Assembly (NCBI GenBank): GCA_965221125.1
Contig: CBDCRW010000004.1
Span: forward strand, 768,001 to 832,000
Length of the DNA: 64,000 bases
DNA from: Alphaproteobacteria bacterium
GTDB lineage: Bacteria > Pseudomonadota > Alphaproteobacteria > UBA828
Direction: 5' to 3'
Of this stretch, positions 1 to 8,318 are shown one piece after another (the stretch's first letter is position 1; every line of letters starts with the position of its first letter). The notes under the pieces are model-generated. The model did no database searches, was not told the DNA's origin, and saw only the letters and a program-made list of their open reading frames with translations. The translations under genes were made by a program, and so were the position numbers.

Positions 1-2
1 CG

Positions 3-383
3 AGCGAACGGAGAAACGGCGCGGGAGGAACGCATATCTACGATGCGGTACCCTTCGACTCTGAGACTATTGAAAGATCATTTATTGCAGGGCTTGAAAA
101 GCGCAAGGACGTGAAATTGTACATCAAACTGCCGTCTTGGTTCACGGTGACAACGCCGGTGGGAGAATACAATCCAGACTGGGCAGTGGTGATGGATAAC
201 CCGGACAGCGGGGATGACATGCTTTACCTTGTGCGCGAGACCAAGGGTACGCTAAGTCTCAACGATTTGAGGCCCAATGAACGGCGCAAGATAGCCTGCG
301 GTCGACGACATTTCGGGGATGCGCTCAAGGTGAGCTACGGTGTGGTGACGGGAGTGGATCAATTGCCCGGTGGCGAGGTATAG
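3..383 (+). CDS. res: Type III restriction-modification endonuclease (Res subunit), C-terminal part; gene starts upstream of the window
   Basis: Frame is open from base 3: IYDAVPFDSETIERSF..LE..VKLYIKLPSWFTVTTPVGEYNPDWA...ETKG...ERRKIACGRRHF. This matches the C-terminal PD-(D/E)XK nuclease domain of Type III Res proteins. Confidence 0.85.
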   Translation, partial: SERRNGAGGTHIYDAVPFDSETIERSFIAGLEKRKDVKLYIKLPSWFTVTTPVGEYNPDWAVVMDNPDSGDDMLYLVRETKGTLSLNDLRPNERRKIACGRRHFGDALKVSYGVVTGVDQLPGGEV

Positions 384-421
384 GCAATGACTGTCGTGGC
401 TTTGGCAAGCGGGGTGCAGCC

Positions 422-1426
422 GTGGTGAGGTCTTCGGGAAGAACCGGAAGTCGAACGGGAACGAAAGACGTGGTCCTGTGGAGGCGGCTGACGAATACCG
501 ATTTCAAGGCGATGAATGGACTGGCGGCGCCGCACGGTCGAGGCGGGGGAGCCATGCACATCGCTCTTGGTGTCGAATCGGATGACTTCCCCATACGCCA
601 ATTCCTACAAACGCGAAAGACGGAGGTCACTATAGTAACACAGGGTTGGCGGGGTCACCACGAGGAAGCGCAACTGACCTTTTCGGGCAATCCGGACCGT
701 CGGGGCGGTGAATGGCGCATTACGGATCAATATTCCCACAGGCACCCGGCATGGACATCAGGCGCCGGTTTCCCAGGCACATATGACTCTGGCGACCCTC
801 CGTACGTGCTTGTTTTCAGATCGCAAGATCAATTCCACGTCCGGCTAACGAGTGCGAGCGAGCTTCTATCGTTAAAGAGCGACGCGCCGCGGCGGTCCCG
901 CTCAGATCCCAAAGGCATTGGCGAGGTAACGCCAGGCCTTGCTCTACACTTCAATGTGCCGGAAAAATCGTCTCTGGACTATTTTGAGAAGCAGCAAGTA
1001 GAGGAACCGGAAACGTTCGATCCAAGCGATATCGCAGATGCGCGCGAGAAAACGTTCGGAGCTATTCTACGGCGACAGGGCCAACAACAATTTCGCCGGA
1101 AATTGCTGCGAGCCTATCGCAACACGTGTGCGATTTCTGGCTGTAGTACCCTTTGGGTATTGGAAGCAGCACATATCACTCCATACAGAGGGACAAAGAC
1201 AAATACGCTTGGGAACGGTCTCATACTGCGCGCCGACGTTCACACTCTATTTGATCTCGGACTGATATCGGTACACCCGTCCGCATTGGAAGTCAGAGTA
1301 TCGAGATTGGTGCCGGAGCAAGAATATTCGTCTCTGGACGGACGGCCGCTCGCGGTACCCAGAACAAAGTCCGCACAGCCGAGCAAGGCCGCCCTGCAGG
1401 ACCATTTTCGTCGGTTTCGTGGATAG
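422..1426 (+). CDS. HNH endonuclease with an uncharacterised N-terminal domain (putative restriction or defence nuclease)
   Basis: C-terminal RRQGQQQFRRKLL..Y..CAISG..LEAAHI.PY....N...NGLILRADVHTLFDLGLI is an HNH_2-type signature. It lies directly after res. Confidence 0.85.
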   Translation: MVRSSGRTGSRTGTKDVVLWRRLTNTDFKAMNGLAAPHGRGGGAMHIALGVESDDFPIRQFLQTRKTEVTIVTQGWRGHHEEAQLTFSGNPDRRGGEWRITDQYSHRHPAWTSGAGFPGTYDSGDPPYVLVFRSQDQFHVRLTSASELLSLKSDAPRRSRSDPKGIGEVTPGLALHFNVPEKSSLDYFEKQQVEEPETFDPSDIADAREKTFGAILRRQGQQQFRRKLLRAYRNTCAISGCSTLWVLEAAHITPYRGTKTNTLGNGLILRADVHTLFDLGLISVHPSALEVRVSRLVPEQEYSSLDGRPLAVPRTKSAQPSKAALQDHFRRFRG

Positions 1427-1840
1427 GCTTCGGCAGCAATTGGAATCGTGATCGCCGTGGAGATGAAGCCGTCTCCATCGTGCCGTGGTGGGAAACGGCG
1501 GCGGATACCCCCCGGACATCTGACCGCCACGCCGCACGCTCAGGGCCGGTCGCATCCTCTCGATGGTGTGAACCCGCATGGTGGAGACCGCGTCCGAGGG
1601 AAGCGGAGCGGTCCGCCTGCGGCGCGTCATGCGGTCGGCAAGACCCTGATACGGTGGCCAACCCAGGAGCGGTGCACTGTGATCGGCGGAGGAGGGGCAT
1701 CACGCCGTGAGGGCGGGCGTCGCCTCGCGCAGGCGAGTGGGTAATGTTGGTGGTCTTGGGAGCGGTCTCTCCGGCGGTGGTGCGGAGGACCGACTCTCGG
1801 TCTTCCGGATCGTCACGGCGGACGCCGGCCCCTGCGGAAT

Positions 1841-4132
1841 TCACTCTGATGACGACCGCGTTGTCCACGCACGAGACTTGCCAAGATCTACAAGCTGATG
1901 CGTCACGGAAACTTTAATTGCATTTTCTTCATCCTTTGGAACAATATATTGATGAAAGGCCGGTGGAATAAAAAAGTACACGTGGTCCCTATAGTACTGC
2001 AAACGCGACGAATCCAGTTCAATCGCCCCGTGAGGTTCGGCCACTCCATGAATGAGCTCCTCTAAAGTCACATGATAGAGGAAGGCGGTATCTAACTCAT
2101 CCGTGCCCGACCAAGTAATGCAGTTCGCAAACCAGACCACTGCAAAGGTTGAAAACGTGCGAATTATTTCCCCAAACGCCTTTGACGCGGAAATTGGAAT
2201 ACGTATGTAGAATCCCCCTAACTCCGTTGAACCATGGCTATCAACAATCTGGAGTAGCTTTCCGGGAACATCGGCTACGCCACCATCGTTGACTGCTTGA
2301 GTTTGATAATGTTGGTTATCCGAAGATACTTGAACCTGGGTGATGTCTTGCGCACTAACAATTTCAACTTGCGCTCCGAGACTTCGTCTTCTTACACCCT
2401 CTTGGGACGGACCCATCATCGAGGTCTCTATCTCACTCGGGACCAACTCCCAGAGTTCCGAGTGAGACTTTGCAAACGCTTCCAAATCTACTGCTCCATC
2501 GCCAAAAAACTTCGTGCTCCTTCTCTTAAGAGTATCCCCGAGATACTCCCTACTAAACGCTTCGATCATTGACCAAAGCAGTGGGGAGTAACCGAGTGGT
2601 CTTAGTTTCGCGAACTCCGCATGTCTCGTATCAACGTACACCACCGTTTTTCCATGTTCCTTTTTGTCACTCCAAAATATAGGAACATCCAAGGTCAATT
2701 TGCCCGGAAAAAAGGCAAATGTTTCTGGCTGATATAATCTCCTTATCGCCATATCCAACTCGGCAAGCAGTGCCCGTTCGAAGTCGTCTAACTCCACGTA
2801 TGGTTCCAAACGCTCAATCAAATTATCGAACGCGCTAGCCCTACAGAGTTGAGTGAGGTAAGAGATTTCGGCTCTGCGTCTATTCCTGTCCCCAGAAATA
2901 CACACCACAACATCCCCTTTGGCTTGAAGAACTTCCGCGGCCGGGGTTGTTGTGCTGGATAGTGAATAGAACACTCTCCTTTCCTTCGACATCTCCTCGA
3001 CATCCGATAAAAGAAGCGATCTACCATCTAAAGCGCGCACTCTGAGCAAGGCTAGCGAAGATAGGTCACCCGCTGCCAATATATCCGGAAGAAGCCTAAT
3101 GTGTTCGGAAAGTAACTCTTCATCCTGAACGACAAGGTTGCGCGCGTGGGCCTCGACGCACCGGAACATCTGTGTAATTTTTGAAAGAGACTCCGCATTC
3201 ACAGTATCTCTGCCCGCGGTCGGCGCCACCATATCTGAATCGAACCAACCGCTAATACCAATGCGGGAACTAATGTTTACCTCACAAATTCTAAATCCTC
3301 GCTTGAACGTGCGAACCGCGCCGTTCTCGAGCCGTACAAATCCCGCAAAGTCGATTACCTTCTCTGACTCCGTGGCGTCGATGAACTCAGCCGCCAAACT
3401 AGCTCCCTCGTCCTTGTAGAGGCGATAGGAGAACCGAACAGACCCTGCACGGTCCGTCAAGACTCCCGTAACCGGTGTGTAATTCTCACCTATTGAGGTC
3501 GTGCGCCCGCCGGAGATTCGGGTGCCGTCAAAATAGATTGGTTCCTCCACGTTGGATACAAATTGCTTTATGTACTCGAGCAACTGTTGTTTGTCGAAGT
3601 CTGATGCTGCTAATCCCACAACGACAGTACCGTGTGAATCCAACTGAGCTGTTTCCCGATACTTCACCGTTGGAAGCTGGCCCGCTAAAGTATCAAACTC
3701 ATCCTTACTAAGAGAAGTCTCGTGAGCGACCGAACAAGCTGTAGTACGTGAAACGACGGTTAGCTTCTCGCATACACCAAAGTTAGCGAATCCACCAATC
3801 CCGAACGTGCCTATGCATCCTGCACGCTTTGCCTCTTGCGTGTGCTTTCCACTTGCACCCATAGTCCAAAAATTTTGTCTTAGCTCATCCTTCGTCATTC
3901 CATTTCCGTCATCCTGGATCTCGCACCGATTGCCTTCAATCCGAATATCAATTCGATAGCCGGACTTCACGGACCGGTCATCCCGGGAGGCTTGAATGCG
4001 TACGGCGTCAATAGCGTTTTGTAGATTCTCTCTCAGAAACGCAAATTGATTGTCGTAGATGTGGCTAGCGATCGTTTCCAAAACCCGCGGAAAATCCACA
4101 CCAACATTGAAGTCGGCTTGATCAGACATCAC
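1841..4132 (-). CDS. Divergent Hsp90/HtpG-like GHKL ATPase with an extended C-terminus
   Basis: GHKL boxes FLRENLQNAIDA, DDGNGMT, IGTFGIGG and HGTVV. HtpG-like N-terminus VDFPRVLETIASHIYD and middle-domain PTAGRD loop. AT-rich sequence. Confidence 0.8.
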   Translation of the reverse strand: MMSDQADFNVGVDFPRVLETIASHIYDNQFAFLRENLQNAIDAVRIQASRDDRSVKSGYRIDIRIEGNRCEIQDDGNGMTKDELRQNFWTMGASGKHTQEAKRAGCIGTFGIGGFANFGVCEKLTVVSRTTACSVAHETSLSKDEFDTLAGQLPTVKYRETAQLDSHGTVVVGLAASDFDKQQLLEYIKQFVSNVEEPIYFDGTRISGGRTTSIGENYTPVTGVLTDRAGSVRFSYRLYKDEGASLAAEFIDATESEKVIDFAGFVRLENGAVRTFKRGFRICEVNISSRIGISGWFDSDMVAPTAGRDTVNAESLSKITQMFRCVEAHARNLVVQDEELLSEHIRLLPDILAAGDLSSLALLRVRALDGRSLLLSDVEEMSKERRVFYSLSSTTTPAAEVLQAKGDVVVCISGDRNRRRAEISYLTQLCRASAFDNLIERLEPYVELDDFERALLAELDMAIRRLYQPETFAFFPGKLTLDVPIFWSDKKEHGKTVVYVDTRHAEFAKLRPLGYSPLLWSMIEAFSREYLGDTLKRRSTKFFGDGAVDLEAFAKSHSELWELVPSEIETSMMGPSQEGVRRRSLGAQVEIVSAQDITQVQVSSDNQHYQTQAVNDGGVADVPGKLLQIVDSHGSTELGGFYIRIPISASKAFGEIIRTFSTFAVVWFANCITWSGTDELDTAFLYHVTLEELIHGVAEPHGAIELDSSRLQYYRDHVYFFIPPAFHQYIVPKDEENAIKVSVTHQLVDLGKSRAWTTRSSSE

Positions 4133-5876
4133 CGTTCTCCAACCGTGTCAGGAGATCTGAATCCCCAATTGAGCCCGCAACTCGCGTTGCTACGCCCTTG
4201 AGTTGACTGAAGGGCACGCCCAATGAGCGGGCCCGCTCCAAATGCTCCGAAGCGCGCTCATAATTGTCAACGTTCAGGCAACAGGTGGCGTCCAGGAAGT
4301 GATCTTGACCGGTCGCGTGCGGATACTGTAACAGGCGTTGGGATGCTTGGGCTGCCTCATCGTGATTACCTTGGGCCAAATGCAACTTTGCCAGAGCACG
4401 TAGTGCAGCCATTTCGTCTATTTCAGAAAGATCGCGTTGTTGTAACATGCGATGCAGTATAGTCACCCCGAAGTCAATTGAACCTCCCTCAGCGAGCTTG
4501 AGGGCTTGTAGAACGACTTGGTTTCCTCCAGAAGATTCGCTGCCACCGTCAAGCAGGACCTGTAGAATCCGTTCACAGTGCTCCTCTCGCTTCGCTAGCG
4601 ACGATTGAGCATGCGCGCTATCAGCGCAATCCGTCATGGCTTCGGAATAAAGATTCAAACACTGCACGATAGCGTTGTCCCATTGGTCTCGGCCCCAACA
4701 CGCCTTCCAGTGGATGAGAAATACGAGGCGTTTAATGCTCTGAGCAAGAGTAGTTTCGGCCGCCAGTGGGTCGGCCAAGGAAAGAAAAATGAGTTCGTCA
4801 CCATACAATATCGGAATTTCTGTAACTTTTTGTGACACCAAGCAGGTCAAATAATTGGTATAGGGAGTTGGGTGCGAGGAAACGATAGAGGAAACATCAT
4901 GCAAGTTGATCGAGTAGTCTCGTCGATCGGTTAATGTCCAAGACACGGGCTCTTGCTTCTCCCATGTCTTATTGTCATTCCTGTACTTGTGGACAACACA
5001 TTTTCCATCGCCTGTTAGTAGGTCTACAACTCCGTAGCCGTAACAGTTGGCTGACAAGCGGCTCTCATAAGATGCACCAGCCGTAAAGACTTTCAATTGA
5101 TTTCCAGCTTGAGACACGGTCTCTACTGAATCTTCGTGGACGTGGCCTCGAAGTAGAAGATGACAGTGTTCGGCAGCAAGATGCTTGATCGCTGTATGCT
5201 CAAAGGGGGCGAGCCAATCCAGTGGATGGTGCATAAGTCCTATGACTAATGACGGTTCAGAAAGTTTCGAGGAAAGGTCAATCAATTGTCGTTCGCCAAC
5301 CAATATGGAATGAGAATCGGTTTCTCCACCTTCTGATAGCCAAGTGGAGTCTATGAGGAGAACGGCAATGCTTAGACCGTGTATGTCGTGTTGAACAGAG
5401 TGTTGATAGCTAGTCTCGGAATAACGGTGTTCGTTACACAGTCTATTTGCAAATTCTCGGAATGCAGACTGTCTACGAAACAAAGTGCGACGCCGAGCTT
5501 CGTTACCAAGAAATTTGTCTACCTGGGTACTATCCTTTAAAAGAGACCTAGCGCCAGTAAAGGCATCGACTTCGATGTCTCGATTGATGTCATGGTTGCC
5601 TGGCACAAGCAATAATTTATCACTAGGGACACCAGTGTTTGCCAATAGTTGGCGGAGAAAGTCCTCAACGATCAAATACTCTTCAGTTTTCCCAGAAAAG
5701 GCCAAGTCGCCCGTAATGAAGATGAAGTCAAGAGGGATTCCAGTACAGTAGCGGTTGGATATGTCAGTTAAGAGGCTCTTGAGAACCACATCTTGGGACC
5801 ACTGCTCACTTTCCTTGAGATGAAAGTCGGATAGGTGGAGCCAACTCAATTGTTTTTGCAACGAAATGCTGGTCAT
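4122..5876 (-). CDS. Calcineurin-like metallophosphoesterase with C-terminal TPR-like repeats
   Basis: All five metallophosphoesterase motifs are present: LHLSDFH, ITGDLA, VPGNHD, MHHP and RGHVH. The C-terminus has TPR-like helices (ALRALAKLHLAQGNHDEAAQASQRLL, NYERASEHLERARSLG). It overlaps the ATPase start. Confidence 0.85.
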   Translation of the reverse strand: MTSISLQKQLSWLHLSDFHLKESEQWSQDVVLKSLLTDISNRYCTGIPLDFIFITGDLAFSGKTEEYLIVEDFLRQLLANTGVPSDKLLLVPGNHDINRDIEVDAFTGARSLLKDSTQVDKFLGNEARRRTLFRRQSAFREFANRLCNEHRYSETSYQHSVQHDIHGLSIAVLLIDSTWLSEGGETDSHSILVGERQLIDLSSKLSEPSLVIGLMHHPLDWLAPFEHTAIKHLAAEHCHLLLRGHVHEDSVETVSQAGNQLKVFTAGASYESRLSANCYGYGVVDLLTGDGKCVVHKYRNDNKTWEKQEPVSWTLTDRRDYSINLHDVSSIVSSHPTPYTNYLTCLVSQKVTEIPILYGDELIFLSLADPLAAETTLAQSIKRLVFLIHWKACWGRDQWDNAIVQCLNLYSEAMTDCADSAHAQSSLAKREEHCERILQVLLDGGSESSGGNQVVLQALKLAEGGSIDFGVTILHRMLQQRDLSEIDEMAALRALAKLHLAQGNHDEAAQASQRLLQYPHATGQDHFLDATCCLNVDNYERASEHLERARSLGVPFSQLKGVATRVAGSIGDSDLLTRLENGDV

Positions 5877-6409
5877 TTCGGGCCCCGGTACGGAAGCGAG
5901 CTGTTGGGACTAGCGTTTGGAGATAGCTGTGATGGCGTGGAGAGGAAGCAGAAATGTGGATTCCCTGGCGAGACGTGTAGGGTGTCGAATTCAGTTGTTT
6001 GGAGGTGTAGCGTGCGGTAGGTAAGCTTCATGGCCCTTAAGTCTTGTTGCACACTGACGGGGTATTGAGGGGAAAGAGAGTTGGTGCGGGGCTTCTGCTC
6101 CCGAGGGTGAGGGGTCGAGGTTAGTTCATTGCCGTGCAGTCGAAAGCGGCGGATGAGGAGTATTAGCCGAGTCAAAGCAGGTGGGCAACGCCCACTCCGC
6201 ATGACCGCGCTGGATCGGAGACGAACTAGAGCCACTGCGAGAACCGAGTCAGGTCGGTAGGGGCCGCGACGGTTCCGGGGACAGCAAGGATCACGAGGTA
6301 GTCTTGAACGGAGATGGGTGGCGCCACGAGTAGTTCTCGTATCGTGCGCGTGGCATCGGAGAATGGACCGGGCACCAGGCCGAGGTGGTTGGACAGAAAG
6401 CCGACGGGG

Positions 6410-6496
6410 TGCCCCAGTCCTTGCCTCGGACAGCTCAATGCAATCGTTCTAGACGTGCTCCCAGCGCAGGAACTGGATCTCCGACAACCGGCAGGC
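6410..6496 (-). pseudogene. Tyrosine recombinase/integrase fragment (catalytic Arg region)
   Basis: Reads ACRLSEIQFLRWEHV*NDCIELSEARTGA, matching the integrase pattern GCRxSEIxxLRWxxV..IxLPDxKTG, with an in-frame TAG. Confidence 0.7.
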
Positions 6497-6548
6497 CGAG
6501 GGTGTCCTTGAACCCGGCGTTGGGCCCGGGGTCGAGTGCTGGTGCGTG

Positions 6549-6745
6549 TCATGCGGTATCGAGGTCGCGCTCGATGCTGTTGCCGATGCGCGCCGCAGGC
6601 GTCTCCACGGTATCGCGGGCGAGATGTGCATACCGGGCGATTGTCTGAACCTGCGTATGGCCGAGCAGCTTCCCGATCAATGGCAGCGCCTCGCGCAAGG
6701 CAAGGGTACGCGAGGCGAAAATACAGCGTAGGTCCTGATCCAATT
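6549..6745 (-). pseudogene. Tyrosine recombinase/integrase C-terminal fragment
   Basis: QDLRCIFASRTLALREALPLIGKLLGHTQVQTIARYAHL is a degenerate HDLRH..LLGH..T.RYAH box II. No intact 5' part is present. Confidence 0.8.
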
Positions 6746-7106
6746 GTTTTGGCGGGTCGGCGAAGTCAGATGCGGGTCCGGGGAAGCAGCAGAATTCGAT
6801 GACGAGGACATGGAGGGCCGGCCGGGGTCTGGAGGTTGAACGCAACCGCTTTCGGCACGAAGACAAACGCTGCGCACGTTTCGCCTATCAAATCGAGAAA
6901 TCGAGGAATTCCGCGGGGTTGCGCGCACCCTCGCCGCATCGGGCCGCCATTCTGACGAAACGAGGGCATAGATGAGCGTGGGCGACAGCTACGGCCACGG
7001 GAAGGGCCGGTTGACGCCGCGGTGGGGCGGTCCTATGCCCCGAAGGATCGGGGGCAGGCCGACGGGACAGGGTGGTGAGCGAACGAATCGCACGGCTGCG
7101 TATTGA

Positions 7107-7328
7107 GCTTCAAGAACCGCTCCTGACCCGGCGCCGGCCTCCCCTGCGGACCGGTTGCCCCGGTGGGCCAACAGGAACCCCCCACGCGGCTTCGCTTCGC
7201 GTAGCGGGAGGCGCTACACGAAGCCGCGCGGGTCCCCCCTATTGACTACCGGGACAACCTCCGCTGTGCCTCTCAGGGGGGTCAATTTTGCACGCCGATA
7301 GGGGGTCAATCTTCAAAGCCGATTGACA
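7107..7328 (+). mobile_element. IS21-family right-end remnant (last istB codons, hairpin and terminal repeats)
   Basis: Ends in ...TTGACA at 7328 (TGTCAA on the minus strand). Two tandem 24-nt GGGGGTCAAT...GCCGAT repeats lie at 7277-7300 and 7301-7324. FKNRS* at 7109-7126 resembles an IstB C-terminus. Confidence 0.7.
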
Positions 7329-7609
7329 CCGCGGCCAACGACAACGGCGACGACCTCGGCCGCCGACGCATGGAGGTGCGGTTCGGATACGGCTTCGCGA
7401 TGTTGGGCGGGCGGTTCACCGGTACGCCTGAGGTCGCGCTCGGCCTGTCGGACACGAGCCGCGACTACGGCCTGGGCTGGCGGTTCGTCCGCGAGGGTTC
7501 GGGGCCGGGCTCACTCGAACTGTCGCTCGAGGCGCGCCGGCGGGAGAGCGTCAATGACGACCTCCCTCCCGAGCACGGCATCGGGGTCAGGCTGACCGCG
7601 CAGTTCTGA
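7328..7609 (+). pseudogene. C-terminal fragment of an autotransporter/outer-membrane beta-barrel protein, truncated at the IS21 end
   Basis: AANDNGDDLGRRRMEVRFGYGF..GGRFTGTPEVALGLS..RDYGLGWRF...LELSLEARRRE...EHGIGVRLTAQF has amphipathic beta-strands and a terminal Phe. The frame begins at the IS end. Confidence 0.7.
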
Positions 7610-7619
7610 TGGCGGTGGC

Positions 7620-8318
7620 TCAGCCGTCCAGGAGGCCCAGTGCGCGGGCGAGCGGCGGTGCGGCGCGCCAGGGCGCGGGGCCGGCGGGAAGACGGGGTAC
7701 GACCCTGATGGGCAGCGGCCCGGCGTGCCGCGCGATGGTCGCGGCGGTCTCGGCGGGCGGCACCGGGCTTTCCGGGGATTCGCTGATGACGAGGCCGGCG
7801 ACGGGGACGCCGCGCCCGCGGATGGCCGCGAGCGTGGTCAGCGTGTGGCTGATGGTGCCGAGGTAGCTGCCCGCCACCACCAGCGCGGGCGCGCCGAGCG
7901 CGGCGATCCAGTCGAGCACGGTGTGCTCGTCGTCGAGCGGCACCATGGCGCCGCCGATGCCCTCGATCAGCAGCGGGTCGCCCGCGGCGGCGCGGCACCA
8001 TGCGACGATCTCGGCGAGGTCGAGGCGGCGCCCCTCGCGGGCCGCTGCCATGTCGGGCGAGAGGGGCGCGGCGAAGCGCCAGGGCGCGATGGCGGCGACC
8101 GCGTCGGCGCTCACCGCCTCGGCGGTCACCGCCTCGCCGAGGCTCGCGAGCAGCACGCCGGGGTCGCTCTCCGCCAGCGTCGCCGGATCGTAGCCGCTCA
8201 GCACCGGCTTGAGCGCGCGCACCGGCCGCCCGGTTGCGCGAAGCTCGTGGCAAAGCGCCGCGGTGACGAGGGTCTTGCCGATCTCGGTGCCCGTGGCGGT
8301 GACGAAGAGCGTGCTCAC
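7620..8318 (-). CDS. bioD: Dethiobiotin synthase
   Basis: LFVTATGTEIGKT P-loop, ALKPVLSG, LIEGIGG and YLGTISHT. The GTG start overlaps the bioF stop (GTGA). Confidence 0.93.
   Translation of the reverse strand: MSTLFVTATGTEIGKTLVTAALCHELRATGRPVRALKPVLSGYDPATLAESDPGVLLASLGEAVTAEAVSADAVAAIAPWRFAAPLSPDMAAAREGRRLDLAEIVAWCRAAAGDPLLIEGIGGAMVPLDDEHTVLDWIAALGAPALVVAGSYLGTISHTLTTLAAIRGRGVPVAGLVISESPESPVPPAETAATIARHAGPLPIRVVPRLPAGPAPWRAAPPLARALGLLDG

Noticed and set aside
1427-1840. Several short overlapping ORFs and a hairpin between the HNH and ATPase genes
   Set aside because: No coding signature and no recognisable RNA family; this is a convergent intergenic region.
5873-6235. 120-aa ORF abutting the phosphoesterase start, a possible third gene of the system
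   Set aside because: No recognisable motif, a Pro/Ser/Arg-rich composition, and the ATGA overlap can arise by chance. More likely promoter or intergenic DNA, though not excluded.
7277-7324. Tandem 24-nt repeats as a possible CRISPR array or iterons
   Set aside because: Only two units with no spacers, and they end at TGACA. They are better explained as IS21 terminal transposase-binding repeats.
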